Shown here: one piece after another, positions 41,825 to 52,003 of the stretch | How positions within the stretch are numbered: position 1 is the first letter of the stretch | Layout: each line of letters opens with the position of its first letter | Source: Chitinophagaceae bacterium | GTDB taxonomy: Bacteria; Bacteroidota; Bacteroidia; Chitinophagales; Chitinophagaceae | Assembly (NCBI GenBank): GCA_947488765.1 | Contig: CANLAE010000009.1 | Coordinates: 26,045 to 90,044, forward strand | Reading direction: 5' to 3' | Length of the DNA: 64,000 bases | Notes under the pieces: generated by a model | Seen by the model: only the letters and a program-made list of their open reading frames with translations | Told to the model about the DNA's origin: nothing | Databases searched by the model: none | Program-made: the position numbers and the translations under genes

Positions 41825-42697
41825 ATGGCAAGTGCAGGAAAAACATCTTTAAAACGGAGTCCTAATTTTATTAATAGCATTGTTGGCGTAGCGTTGGTAT
41901 TGCTTGTAATGGGTATTATGGGTTGGTTTTTTTTATATGCAAGTGGTATGTCAAAAGCGTTGAAAGAAGATGTGCCTATTAATGCTTATTTGAGAACTTT
42001 GAATAAAGATACCATTGGTCAAATACAGGAATACATTGCCACTCAGCCGTATGCAAAGAATGTGAAATACATTGATAAAGAAGCTGCAAAGAAAATTTGG
42101 AATGCTGAAAATAATGAAGAATGGAGTAAAATTTTGGATGTAAACCCGTTGCCTGAAAGCATTGATTTTTTTGCCAAATCGGAGTATGTAAATAAGGATA
42201 GTTTGGAAAAAATTGTAGCCAATATAAACAGTGTTTATGGCAATCAAATTACAGATATTAAATATCAACCGTCGTTGGTAAGTAATATTGATTCGAAGGC
42301 AAAAACTTTGGGTTTAATATTTTTAGTGGCGGGAATTATTCTTTCAGTAATTGTGATTGTGAGCATTGACAATACTATACGACTAGCCATGTTTAGCAAC
42401 AGATTTTTAATTAAAACCATGCAAATGGTTGGTGCAACAAGAGGCTTCATCAGTCGCCCGATGACAATTAGGGCAATTATCAACGGAATGATTAGTGCAA
42501 CAATTGCGATAATATTAATCATTAGTTTAATTACATGGGCTGAGAGTTTGGAACCACAACTGAAAGCTATCAGGGATACAAAATTGAATATTATTTTGTT
42601 TGCCGGAATGTTGTTTGTAGGTGTTGGGATTTCCTGGTACAGCACACACAGAAGTGTATTGAAGTATTTGAAAATGAAGTTGGACGATTTGTATTAA
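41825..42697 (+). CDS. ftsX: Cell division protein FtsX-like permease
   Basis: The track ORF starts at 41780; ATG at 41825 (MASAGKTSLKRSPNF) is the likely start. It has an N-terminal TM helix, a periplasmic loop, three C-terminal TM helices and an MQMVGAT block typical of FtsX. No ftsE is adjacent. Confidence 0.75.
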   Translation: MASAGKTSLKRSPNFINSIVGVALVLLVMGIMGWFFLYASGMSKALKEDVPINAYLRTLNKDTIGQIQEYIATQPYAKNVKYIDKEAAKKIWNAENNEEWSKILDVNPLPESIDFFAKSEYVNKDSLEKIVANINSVYGNQITDIKYQPSLVSNIDSKAKTLGLIFLVAGIILSVIVIVSIDNTIRLAMFSNRFLIKTMQMVGATRGFISRPMTIRAIINGMISATIAIILIISLITWAESLEPQLKAIRDTKLNIILFAGMLFVGVGISWYSTHRSVLKYLKMKLDDLY

Positions 42698-42758
42698 AAT
42701 CGATTGGTTTTTAGATAGAAATAACTTTTCATTATATTGCAACTCTTAATTTGTTTTT

Positions 42759-43007
42759 ATGAGTGATAAAAAAAATGTGTCTTCTTCTCTTTTTGGCAAA
42801 GAAAACTATATCTGGATGGCAATTGGGGCTGTAATTATTGCTATTGGTATGTTTTTAATGAGTGGCGGAAAAAACCAGGACCCGAAAGTATTTGATACCA
42901 ATGTGGTATATAGTTTCACAAGAATTACAGTGGCGCCTATTTTGATTTTATTGGGATTTGTAGTTGAGATTTACGCTATTTTTAAGAAGCCAAAAGCGAC
43001 TAACTAA
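42759..43007 (+). CDS. DUF3098 domain-containing small membrane protein
   Basis: 82 aa with two TM helices. FGKENYIWMAIGAVIIAIGMFLMSGG matches DUF3098. As I recall, its position between ftsX and uppP is the usual Bacteroidota synteny. Confidence 0.7.
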   Translation: MSDKKNVSSSLFGKENYIWMAIGAVIIAIGMFLMSGGKNQDPKVFDTNVVYSFTRITVAPILILLGFVVEIYAIFKKPKATN

Positions 43008-43031
43008 TCTAATTTTAAAATAATGCAAATG

Positions 43032-43056
43032 GCGATGAAAATTTCATCGCTTTTTT
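43032..43056 (+). terminator. Intrinsic terminator after the DUF3098 gene
   Basis: GCGATGAAA (43032-43040) pairs with TTTCATCGC (43042-43050), followed by TTTTTT (43051-43056). Confidence 0.7.
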
Positions 43057-43089
43057 GTTTCTTTAATTCTCCAAATTAATTTCTGAGAT

Positions 43090-43887
43090 ATGAATACCAT
43101 TCAATCTGTTGTAATAGCAATAATAGAAGGGCTTACAGAGTTTTTGCCTATTTCATCTACCGCCCACATGAAAATTGCTAATCCATTGTTGAACATATCT
43201 GATAATGCTTTTACTGATTTGTTTGAAGTGGTGATACAATTGGCTGCGATTCTTAGTGTAGTTACTATTTACTGGAAAAAGTTTTTCAACTTTTTAAAAT
43301 TTGATCTTTACATTAAATTAGTGATTGCAGTAATCCCTGCATTATTTGGTGGAATCCTTTTAAAAAAACATATTGATGCTGCATTGAGTAACCTGACATT
43401 TATTGCTTGTGTAATGATTGGCGGCGGTGTTATTTTATTGTTCATTGATAAGTTGTTTTCAAAAAATGAAATTCAAGAGGAAGAAAAGATTACATATCCG
43501 AAAGCCTTTGTAATAGGATGTTTTCAGGTGTTGAGTATCATACTTCCGGGTCTGAGCAGAAGTGCAAGTACGATTATTGGAGGGATGTCTCAAAAGTTGA
43601 CGAGAAAACTTGCTGCTGAATTTTCGTTTTTTTTGGCAGTGCCAACAATGGTTGCGGCAAGTGCTAAAAGTTTTTTAGATGTTTATAAAGATCATCCTGA
43701 AGTTTTGGTGAAAGATAATTTTGCAATATTGGGCTTAGGTGCTTTGGTGGCCTATGTTGTAGCGCTGATTGCCGTGAAATTTTTTATTGGGTACTTACAA
43801 AAAAATGGATTTAAAATGTTTGGATGGTATAGAATTGTTGCTGGTATTATTGTGCTTATTTTAATTTATACAAAGCATTTAGGCTAA
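43090..43887 (+). CDS. uppP: Undecaprenyl-diphosphate phosphatase
   Basis: 265 aa. EGLTEFLPISSTAHM and PGLSRSASTI are the two conserved BacA/UppP motifs. Confidence 0.95.
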   Translation: MNTIQSVVIAIIEGLTEFLPISSTAHMKIANPLLNISDNAFTDLFEVVIQLAAILSVVTIYWKKFFNFLKFDLYIKLVIAVIPALFGGILLKKHIDAALSNLTFIACVMIGGGVILLFIDKLFSKNEIQEEEKITYPKAFVIGCFQVLSIILPGLSRSASTIIGGMSQKLTRKLAAEFSFFLAVPTMVAASAKSFLDVYKDHPEVLVKDNFAILGLGALVAYVVALIAVKFFIGYLQKNGFKMFGWYRIVAGIIVLILIYTKHLG

Positions 43888-43969
43888 TTATTTTGAATCT
43901 TGCTTCGTTAAAATATGGTTGAGTTTTTAATCCTGTGAATTGCTATCTTTAAAACTCAAAACCGCTAAC

Positions 43970-45250
43970 ATGCAAACTGCTTCCAAAAAAGTAATCAATG
44001 GCTGGGCTATGTACGATTGGGCAAATAGTGCTTATTCGTTGATAATTACTTCTGCTATATTTCCTGCATATTATACTGCTATTGCACCTGCTCAAGTACA
44101 CATGTTTGGAAGAGTATTTGATAGGTCTGCTCTGGCATCATATGCAATCTCATTTTCGTTTTTATTAATTGCATGCATATCTCCCATTTTATCTTCTATT
44201 GCAGATTACAAAGGGAATAAAAAAGCGTTTATGCAATTCTTTACTTATGTTGGTTCGGCGGCATGTTGTAGCATGTTTTTCTTTACAAAAGACAATATCA
44301 GTTTTGGTATAATTGCAAGCGTTGTAGCATCAATTGGTTATTGTGGCAGTATCGTTTTTTACAATGCATATTTACCGGAGATTGCAGCAGAGGAGGATCA
44401 GGATCGTATCAGTGCGAAGGGCTTTACAATGGGATATATTGGAAGCGTATTGTTAATGATTGTTTGTCTTGCAGCTATTATGATGAATGATAAAATGAAT
44501 TTAGGCTGGGGAGCTTATCCGGCAAGGCTTTCATTTTTAGCAGTAGGCATATGGTGGGCTGGATTTGCACAAATTACATTCAATCGTTTGCCGCCCTCTA
44601 AAATACCTGAACAACATGCAGAATACAATCTTTTTACAAATGGTTTTCATGAATTAAAAAAAGTATGGTTTGAGTTGAAGCACCATCCCAACTTAAGTAA
44701 ATTTTTAAGAGGTTTTTTCTTCTACAATATGGGGGTGCAAACGGTGATGTATTTAGCTACATATTTTGCATCGGATGAACTTAAAATGGAGTCATCACAA
44801 TTAATCATTACTGTTTTAATTATACAAATTGTAGCCATATTGGGTGCAACATTGTTTTCGAAACTGTCTGATAAAACCAATAATATTTTCACCCTATGTA
44901 CCTTGATTTGTATCTGGATACTGATTTGCTATTTCGCATCTATTGTTACAACAATCTCACAATTTTATATGATTGCATTTTGTGTTGGAATGGTCATGGG
45001 TGGAATTCAATCAATGAGTCGGTCAACCTATTCTAAATTATTGCCTGACACAAAAGACACTGCTTCATTTTTCAGTTTTTATGATGTGTGTGATAAAATG
45101 GGAACGGTTATTGGTACACTTTCATTTGGTTATGTGAGTGAGTTTTTAGGTGGAATGCGGAATTCTGTATTGGCTTTAATGGTCTTTTTTATTATTGGGC
45201 TTGTCTTACTTTTATTTGTAAAAATGAAAAGAAATACTTCAATTGCATGA
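43970..45250 (+). CDS. MFS transporter (UMF1/Atg22-like family)
   Basis: The track ORF starts at 43940; ATG at 43970 (MQTASKKVINGWAMYDWANSAY) is the typical N-terminus of this family. About 12 TM helices. Confidence 0.75.
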   Translation: MQTASKKVINGWAMYDWANSAYSLIITSAIFPAYYTAIAPAQVHMFGRVFDRSALASYAISFSFLLIACISPILSSIADYKGNKKAFMQFFTYVGSAACCSMFFFTKDNISFGIIASVVASIGYCGSIVFYNAYLPEIAAEEDQDRISAKGFTMGYIGSVLLMIVCLAAIMMNDKMNLGWGAYPARLSFLAVGIWWAGFAQITFNRLPPSKIPEQHAEYNLFTNGFHELKKVWFELKHHPNLSKFLRGFFFYNMGVQTVMYLATYFASDELKMESSQLIITVLIIQIVAILGATLFSKLSDKTNNIFTLCTLICIWILICYFASIVTTISQFYMIAFCVGMVMGGIQSMSRSTYSKLLPDTKDTASFFSFYDVCDKMGTVIGTLSFGYVSEFLGGMRNSVLALMVFFIIGLVLLLFVKMKRNTSIA

Positions 45251-46116
45251 TGAAATTATATTCAATAGAAACAGGTTATTTTAAACTCGATGGTGGTGCT
45301 ATGTTTGGGGTTGTGCCAAAAAGCATGTGGCAAAAATTAAATCCACCCGATGAAAATAATTTATGTACATGGTCAATGCGTTGTTTATTGATTGAAGATG
45401 AAAATCGTTTGATATTAGTTGATACCGGTATTGGAAACAAGCAAGGTGCAAAATTCTTTTCTCATTATTATTTGCATGGAGATAATACCATAGAAAAATC
45501 ATTATCGAAATATGGGTTTACGAAAGATGATATTACCGACGTAATCCTTACCCATCTTCATTTTGACCATTGTGGAGGAAGTATTGAAAGAGTTGATGAT
45601 ACATTGGTTCCTGCATTTAAAAATGCTACATATTGGAGCAATGAAAAGCACTGGCAGTGGGCAACTGAACCTAACGACAGAGAAAAGGCTTCATTTTTAA
45701 AAGAGAACATTTTACCTATTAAGGAAAGTGGGCAATTGAAATTTATTGCAACACCTGAAAAAAATCCATTATTAACAGAACTAGGTGCTATTAATTTTTC
45801 TGAAAATATTACAATTCGTTTTGCCAATGGGCATACCGATGAAATGATGTTGCCACAAATAAAATATAAAAACCAAACCATCGTGTATATGGCAGATTTA
45901 TTGCCTAGTATTGGGCACATTCCATTGCCTTATGTTATGGCTTACGATATGTTTCCTTTAACTACACTAATGGAGAAGAAAAATTTTTTAGAAGAGGCGG
46001 TTAGCAAAAAATATATCCTGTTTTTTGAGCACGATCCAATTCATGAATGTTGTACGTTACAACGAACAGAAAAAGGGATTAAAGTACTCGAAACTTTTGA
46101 TTTGAGTACTTTATAG
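45247..46116 (+). CDS. MBL-fold metallo-hydrolase
   Basis: 289 aa with the HxHxDH motif THLHFDHCGG. Its start overlaps the MFS stop by 4 nt. Confidence 0.8.
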   Translation: MMKLYSIETGYFKLDGGAMFGVVPKSMWQKLNPPDENNLCTWSMRCLLIEDENRLILVDTGIGNKQGAKFFSHYYLHGDNTIEKSLSKYGFTKDDITDVILTHLHFDHCGGSIERVDDTLVPAFKNATYWSNEKHWQWATEPNDREKASFLKENILPIKESGQLKFIATPEKNPLLTELGAINFSENITIRFANGHTDEMMLPQIKYKNQTIVYMADLLPSIGHIPLPYVMAYDMFPLTTLMEKKNFLEEAVSKKYILFFEHDPIHECCTLQRTEKGIKVLETFDLSTL

Positions 46117-46143
46117 AAATAAATTTCGATAAAATATTTTTAT

Positions 46144-48870
46144 CTAATCTAAATTTTGTCCGAGCCATTTTTCAACTATTTCCAAAGGCATTTCTTTTCT
46201 TTTTGAATAATCTGCTAACTGATCGGGTTGAATTTTACCAACTCCATAATATTGACTATGCGGATTGGCAAAATACCATCCACAAACACTGCTAGCAGGA
46301 TACATTGCCAAACTTTCTGTAAGCGTGATACTAATATTTTCGGTTGTATTCAACAACTCAAATAATTTATATTTTTCAGTATGATCGGGACAAGCAGGGT
46401 AACCTGGTGCAGGTCGTATGCCCTGGTATTTTTCGCCAATAAGTTCTTCGTTGGTTAAATGTTCATCGGTTGCATAAGCCCAAAATTCTTTTCTTGTTTT
46501 TTCATGCAAACATTCTGCAAATGCTTCAGCCAATCTATCAGCCAAAGCTTGTAACATAATTTTATTGTAATCATCCAAAACTGCTTCAAATGCTTTGACA
46601 TGAGGCTCAATGCCATCAATAGTTACAGCAAATGCACCAATATGGTCTGGAAGATTGTTTGATGTATTATGTTGTTGCGGTTTGATAAAATCTGCTAATG
46701 AAATATTTGGCTGATTGGGCGCTTTCTTAATTTGTTGTCTTATAAATTGTAATTTCATTTCAGCAGAATCAGTTCTTACAACTACTTCGTCATTATTACT
46801 TGCTGCTTGCCAAAAACCAATTACACCTTTTGCAGTTAACCATTTTTCTGCAATGATTTTATCTAAAAGTTTGTTTGCATCATTGTATAATTTGGTAGCT
46901 TCAACACCTACAATTTCATCATCTAAAATAGCAGGGAAGTTGCCATGCATTTCCCAAGCAATGAAGAAAGGTTTCCAATCAATATACTTTCTCAAATCAG
47001 CCAAATCAAAATTTTGAAACACTTGTACACCAGTAAAATTAGGCTTTACAGGCTCGTAGGCATTCCAATCTATTTTTACTTTGTTATCAACGGCATCATT
47101 GTATGATAAATATTGTTTAACTACTTTTTTATTATCAAAACTTTCTTTAAGTCTGATGTATTCATTTTTAGTTTCGCTTAAATAATTTTCTTTTAAATCT
47201 TTATTCAACAAACTTCCGGCAACTGTAACACTTCTGCTTGCATCTAAAACATGCACCACGCCATTGTCATATTCCGGCGCAATTTTTACAGCAGTGTGCA
47301 TACGACTTGTTGTAGCACCGCCAATCAACAAAGGTTGCTTCATACCTCTGCGTTTCATTTCTTTTCCGATGTACACCATTTCATCTAAGCTTGGTGTAAT
47401 TAATCCGCTTAAGCCAATGATATCTACATTTTCTTTTTGTGCAGCATCCAATATTTTATCGGCAGGAACCATTACTCCCAAGTCAATAATATCATAACCA
47501 TTACAGCCTAATACTACACCAACAATATTTTTTCCAATATCATGTACATCACCTTTTACTGTTGCCAATAAAATTTTTGCAGCACCTGCGCCTTCTTCAT
47601 TTACGGTGCCTGCGGCAAGATGTGCTTGTTTGCGTTCTTCTTTTTCGGCTTCAATAAAAGGCGTTAAAACAGCTACACTTTTTTTCATTACTCTGGCACT
47701 TTTAACTACCTGTGGTAAAAACATTTTACCTGCGCTAAATAAGTCTCCCACAATATTCATACCATCCATTAATGGACCTTCAATTACATCTAATGGTCTT
47801 GGATATTGTTGTCTTGCTTCTTCTGTATCAGCATCTATAAATTCTGTAATGCCATTGATTAAACTATGAGCTAGTCTTTTTTCAACCGGTTCGTTTCTCC
47901 AGCTTTCATCTCTTTCAACAACTTTTCCTTTGGCTTTTACTGTTTCAGCAAATACAATTAATTTTTCTGTAGCCTCGTTGTTGTCATTGTTTCTATTTAA
48001 AATAACATCTTCACATAGTGTTTTTAAGTTGTGTTCAATTTCATCATACACCACCAACTGGCCTGCATTTACAATACCCATATCCATACCTGCTTTAATA
48101 GCATGATACAGAAAAACTGAATGCATGGTTTCTCTTACGTGTTCATTGCCACGAAATGAAAATGATAAGTTACTTACGCCTCCGCTAATTTTTACTAAAG
48201 GATATTTTTGTTTGATAATGCGAGTAGCTTCAATAAAATCAACACCATAATTATTGTGTTCTTCTAATCCGGTAGCAACAGCGAAAATGTTTAAATCGAA
48301 AATAATATCCTGCGGCTGAAAGCCCACTTCATTTACCAATATTTTATAAGCTCTCTCAGCTATTTCAACTTTGCGTTGCATCGTATCTGCTTGTCCCTTT
48401 TCATCAAAAGCCATTACAATAACAGCGGCGCCAAAAGCCTGACAGATATATGCTTGTTCTCTGAATTTTTCTTCTCCTTCCTTCATTGAAATGGAGTTTA
48501 CAATACACTTCCCTTGTACACATTTTAATCCAGCTTCTATGATTTCAAACTTACTACTGTCAATCATGATAGGGATTTTGGCAATATCGGGTTCGCTTTG
48601 TACCAAATTTAAAAATGTAACCATTGCCTGTTTGCCATCTAACAAAGCATCATCCATGTTGATGTCAATAATCTGAGCCCCGTTTTCGACCTGCTGACGT
48701 GCAACACTCAACGCTTCTTCAAATTGATTGTTTAATATCAATTTTGCAAACTTTTTACTTCCGGTAACATTGGTTCTTTCACCAACATTCACAAAATTGG
48801 TTTCAGGTCTTACCACCAAAGGTTCTAATCCTGATAAACGTAAATATGGAGGAATATTTTTTGTAGTCAT
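46144..48870 (-). CDS. metH: Methionine synthase, large chain (pterin-binding, cobalamin-binding and AdoMet-activation modules)
   Basis: 908 aa. It is colinear with E. coli MetH from RLSGLEPL...[12 protein letters not shown] onward, with the B12 motif [11 protein letters not shown] and C-terminal [14 protein letters not shown]. Confidence 0.9.
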   Translation of the reverse strand: MTTKNIPPYLRLSGLEPLVVRPETNFVNVGERTNVTGSKKFAKLILNNQFEEALSVARQQVENGAQIIDINMDDALLDGKQAMVTFLNLVQSEPDIAKIPIMIDSSKFEIIEAGLKCVQGKCIVNSISMKEGEEKFREQAYICQAFGAAVIVMAFDEKGQADTMQRKVEIAERAYKILVNEVGFQPQDIIFDLNIFAVATGLEEHNNYGVDFIEATRIIKQKYPLVKISGGVSNLSFSFRGNEHVRETMHSVFLYHAIKAGMDMGIVNAGQLVVYDEIEHNLKTLCEDVILNRNNDNNEATEKLIVFAETVKAKGKVVERDESWRNEPVEKRLAHSLINGITEFIDADTEEARQQYPRPLDVIEGPLMDGMNIVGDLFSAGKMFLPQVVKSARVMKKSVAVLTPFIEAEKEERKQAHLAAGTVNEEGAGAAKILLATVKGDVHDIGKNIVGVVLGCNGYDIIDLGVMVPADKILDAAQKENVDIIGLSGLITPSLDEMVYIGKEMKRRGMKQPLLIGGATTSRMHTAVKIAPEYDNGVVHVLDASRSVTVAGSLLNKDLKENYLSETKNEYIRLKESFDNKKVVKQYLSYNDAVDNKVKIDWNAYEPVKPNFTGVQVFQNFDLADLRKYIDWKPFFIAWEMHGNFPAILDDEIVGVEATKLYNDANKLLDKIIAEKWLTAKGVIGFWQAASNNDEVVVRTDSAEMKLQFIRQQIKKAPNQPNISLADFIKPQQHNTSNNLPDHIGAFAVTIDGIEPHVKAFEAVLDDYNKIMLQALADRLAEAFAECLHEKTRKEFWAYATDEHLTNEELIGEKYQGIRPAPGYPACPDHTEKYKLFELLNTTENISITLTESLAMYPASSVCGWYFANPHSQYYGVGKIQPDQLADYSKRKEMPLEIVEKWLGQNLD

Positions 48871-48876
48871 TTTATA

Positions 48877-49893
48877 TTATGCTAATGAAGTTGCTAAAAT
48901 TGGCAACTTTCTTGGTTCAATATTTTTTACATTTTGTGCAATATGTTGAATGTGATCAGGGGTTGTACCGCAGCATCCACCAACAATATTTACAAATCCT
49001 TCTTTCGCCCAATCTTCTAAAAAGTGTGCCGTTTGATGCGGGGCTTCATCATATTCTCCCATCGCATTTGGTAATCCTGCATTTGGATAAGCAGATACAT
49101 AGCAACTTGCAATTTGAGAAAGTTCTTCAATGTGGCTGCGCATTTCAGAAGCACCAAGTGCACAATTTAATCCTACACTCAGAGGGTTGGCATGTGCAAC
49201 AGAAACATAAAATGCTTCTAAAGTTTGTCCGCTTAATGTTCTTCCGCTTGCATCGGTAATTGTACCACTAATCATGATAGGCAACTCAATTCCTTTTTCT
49301 CTGAAATATTTTTTTGCAGCAAAAATTGCAGCTTTGGCATTTAAAGTATCAAAAATAGTTTCGATTAAAAGCACATCCACACCACCATCTACCAAGCCTG
49401 TGATTTGTTCGTAATAGGCTGCTACAACTTCATCAAATGTTACAGCTCTGTATCCGGGATTGTTTACATCGGGTGAAAGCGATAAAGTTTTATTCAAGGG
49501 ACCGATAGCACCTGCAACAAATTTTGGAACGGTGTTATTTGTTGTTAATTGATATCTTTCAATTGCTTGACGGGCACATTTTGCAGATGCAACATTCAAC
49601 TCATAAGCCAATGATTGCATTTCATAATCAGCCATTGCAATTGTAGTAGCGCTGAATGTATTTGTTTCAATAATATCTGCACCAGCTTCTAAATATTGAA
49701 GGTGAATTCCGATGATAATTTCGGGCTGCGTAATACTTAATAAATCATTATTGCCTTTTACATCACTATGCCAGCTAGCAAATCTCTCTCCACGATAATC
49801 AGCTTCTTCTAATTTATGGCGCTGAATCATAGTACCCATTGCGCCATCGATGACTAAAATTCTTTTTTCTAACTCTTGATTAATTGTTGGCAT
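48877..49893 (-). CDS. Homocysteine S-methyltransferase module of methionine synthase (separate ORF)
   Basis: 338 aa. [23 protein letters not shown] and Zn-ligand GGCCGTTP match the MetH N-terminal Hcy-binding domain. It ends in TAA at 48877-48879, in frame with the next ATG at 48868-48870. Confidence 0.9.
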   Translation of the reverse strand: MPTINQELEKRILVIDGAMGTMIQRHKLEEADYRGERFASWHSDVKGNNDLLSITQPEIIIGIHLQYLEAGADIIETNTFSATTIAMADYEMQSLAYELNVASAKCARQAIERYQLTTNNTVPKFVAGAIGPLNKTLSLSPDVNNPGYRAVTFDEVVAAYYEQITGLVDGGVDVLLIETIFDTLNAKAAIFAAKKYFREKGIELPIMISGTITDASGRTLSGQTLEAFYVSVAHANPLSVGLNCALGASEMRSHIEELSQIASCYVSAYPNAGLPNAMGEYDEAPHQTAHFLEDWAKEGFVNIVGGCCGTTPDHIQHIAQNVKNIEPRKLPILATSLA

Positions 49894-50136
49894 TATTTTT
49901 CTAATAATTTTATTTTTCAGATTGGAAATACAATCAGATTGTAAAAAGAAAGAAATGTTTGAAGGAAACTTTAAAAGCTAGAAACTTAACGTGTGGTAAA
50001 CTGTATTAATACAGCATCGGACATCGTTTATTAGTTCAGATTTTAAAGTAGGGTGAACAATAAACAAATCTTCCTACATCGCAAATATACGTTGATAGGC
50101 TTGATGTTCAAATATTTTGTAGTAAAGGGTTTTAAA

Positions 50137-51300
50137 CTATTTATAAGCACAATTCACTGTAACATCTAATAATTCAGCTACATCATTACCATCAATTCTA
50201 TAATCCTGTACATGTATTTTGAAAATACCTTTCAGATTTAATTTACCGTTATTAATTATCAACTGACCTGCAACTTCAATTTTCTTTGTTATGCCATGTA
50301 TAGAAAGTTGACCATCAGCAGTTATAGTATAAGTTCCATTTTTTGTAAAATCAACTGAGGCAGTATTTTTGATTTTTCCTTTGAATTCACTTTTAGGAAA
50401 TGAATCACTATTGAGGTAATCTGGTTCATTGAAATGTTTTTGCATCAATTGATTGTCAAATTGAAAACCTTTTATCAATGCTGCAAATTTTATTTCTCCT
50501 GTTGATGCATTGATACTGCTGATTAGTTGTTTGTTTGTAGCTTCAATATCTTCTGCAGGAGTTTTTGAAAAAAATCGAATACTTCCTGTTGTGCTTTTAA
50601 AAACTTTAGTAGCACTTGGTAAAGTTGTGGTATCCTTTTTTGAAAAGGTAGTATCTGGATTTGTATTAGCAGTGGTTGGTGTATTGGATGCTGCATTATT
50701 TGAATTTAAAACTATCGCTTCTGTTAACTGAATTTCACCAAGAATAAATCCTGTAAAAATTCCTTTCACTGTTACTAAACTTCCGATTGAAAATGATTTT
50801 TTTTCCTTCAGATTTGCAGAGACAATACCTTCCTGAAAATTAGTTTTTAAAAATAAAATCGTGTTCGTATTGTATTCCGATTTTGCTATAATGCCCGTTA
50901 CTTCTAATAATTTATTGTTGTACTTTTTATTTGCGGCTTCTTCGTTGGTATAAAATTCGTTCATTAAACTGTCTGCACTAATGCCAATTCCCGCTTCAGC
51001 AGTTCTGTCTGTTTTTGCAGGTGATTGCAAATAAATAGCATAGTACCAAATGGAAGAAATGGTAATGATAATGGCGAATAAAAAAATGATTAAGATAAAT
51101 TTATTTTTCTTGAAGTTTGCAACGCTGTATGTACCGATTCCAATAATTGGAATTAACCCAACAATGACCCAAATAATTTTATTTTGTTTGGAAATATCTG
51201 TTCTTTTTAAAAGATGCATCAATACAATGATTGCAACAGCAACCCAAGTTGCAAAAATGATTCCAAACATCACAGGTAAATCTTTTACTAGGCTGAACAT
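50137..51300 (-). CDS. Membrane-anchored fusion protein: PLD-nuclease-N-like TM hairpin + OB-fold (tRNA_anti-like) + YceI-like domain
   Basis: 387 aa. The N-terminal KIIWVIVGLIPIIGIGTY TM hairpin resembles the PLDc_N motif. FYTNEEAANKKYNNKLLEVTGI is typical of tRNA_anti-like OB proteins. The C-terminal GSIRFFSKTPAEDIEA...DYLNSDSFPKSEFKGKI...HGITK fits the YceI family. Confidence 0.65.
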   Translation of the reverse strand: MFSLVKDLPVMFGIIFATWVAVAIIVLMHLLKRTDISKQNKIIWVIVGLIPIIGIGTYSVANFKKNKFILIIFLFAIIITISSIWYYAIYLQSPAKTDRTAEAGIGISADSLMNEFYTNEEAANKKYNNKLLEVTGIIAKSEYNTNTILFLKTNFQEGIVSANLKEKKSFSIGSLVTVKGIFTGFILGEIQLTEAIVLNSNNAASNTPTTANTNPDTTFSKKDTTTLPSATKVFKSTTGSIRFFSKTPAEDIEATNKQLISSINASTGEIKFAALIKGFQFDNQLMQKHFNEPDYLNSDSFPKSEFKGKIKNTASVDFTKNGTYTITADGQLSIHGITKKIEVAGQLIINNGKLNLKGIFKIHVQDYRIDGNDVAELLDVTVNCAYK

Positions 51301-51329
51301 GCTTTTATTTTATAGTAGTTTGAAATATA

Positions 51330-51944
51330 TTATTGAACATACTGTTGAACCGGCAACCTGTTGGTTAAACTTCTTGCTAGTGTCATTTCATCGGCATACT
51401 CCAGTTCGCCACCAAATGCAATTCCTCTTGCAATTGTGGTTACTTTACAATGAAACGGAGCGATTTTTTTCTGAATATAATAAATCGTTGTATCGCCCTG
51501 AATATTTGGGTTTAAAGCAAAAATAATTTCTTGGGTTTCTTCTTTTTGAATGCGTTGAATTAATGTTTCAATATTCAACTGATCGGGCCCTATGCCATCT
51601 AACGGAGAAATAATTCCGCCGAGTACATGATAAGTTCCATTGAATTGTTGTGTGTTTTCAATTGCAATTACATCTCTTATATTTTCAACTACACAAATTA
51701 AATTTTGATTGCGCATACTATTGCTGCAAGTGCTGCAAATATCACCATCACTGATGTTGTGACAGCGGTTACAAAACTTGATTTCGCTTCGCATTTTTGA
51801 AATAGTTTCTCCAAAAAATTTTACTTCATTTACATCTTGTTTTAGTAAATGCAATACCAATCGCAATGCAGTTTTTTTTCCAATTCCAGGTAATTTGGAA
51901 AATTGTGCTACAGCATTTTCAAGAAGGGTAGAAGGTAGTTGCAT
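51330..51944 (-). CDS. recR: Recombination protein RecR
   Basis: 204 aa. HhH (LPGIGKKTALRL), C4 zinc finger (CNRCHN...CSTC) and a Toprim domain. Confidence 0.95.
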   Translation of the reverse strand: MQLPSTLLENAVAQFSKLPGIGKKTALRLVLHLLKQDVNEVKFFGETISKMRSEIKFCNRCHNISDGDICSTCSNSMRNQNLICVVENIRDVIAIENTQQFNGTYHVLGGIISPLDGIGPDQLNIETLIQRIQKEETQEIIFALNPNIQGDTTIYYIQKKIAPFHCKVTTIARGIAFGGELEYADEMTLARSLTNRLPVQQYVQ

Positions 51945-52003
51945 GGAGAAAATTAATTGTCTACAAATGTACGTGCAATATTTTTTGATCTAAGTTTCAA
52001 TCG

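Noticed and set aside
42265-42645. 126-aa hydrophobic minus-strand ORF opposite ftsX (and the 105-aa ORF at 41951-42268)
   Set aside because: The antisense of a membrane-protein gene naturally yields hydrophobic pseudo-proteins. FtsX on the + strand explains the region.
49930-49942. 13-bp palindrome ACAATCAGATTGT in the metH leader, plus a nearby CAATCTGA direct repeat
   Set aside because: A 6+6 palindrome is expected many times by chance in 64 kb of AT-rich DNA, so it is not significant on its own.
51050-51526. 158-aa + strand ORF spanning the recR / YceI-fusion boundary
   Set aside because: It overlaps two well-supported minus-strand genes and its composition looks non-protein-like.
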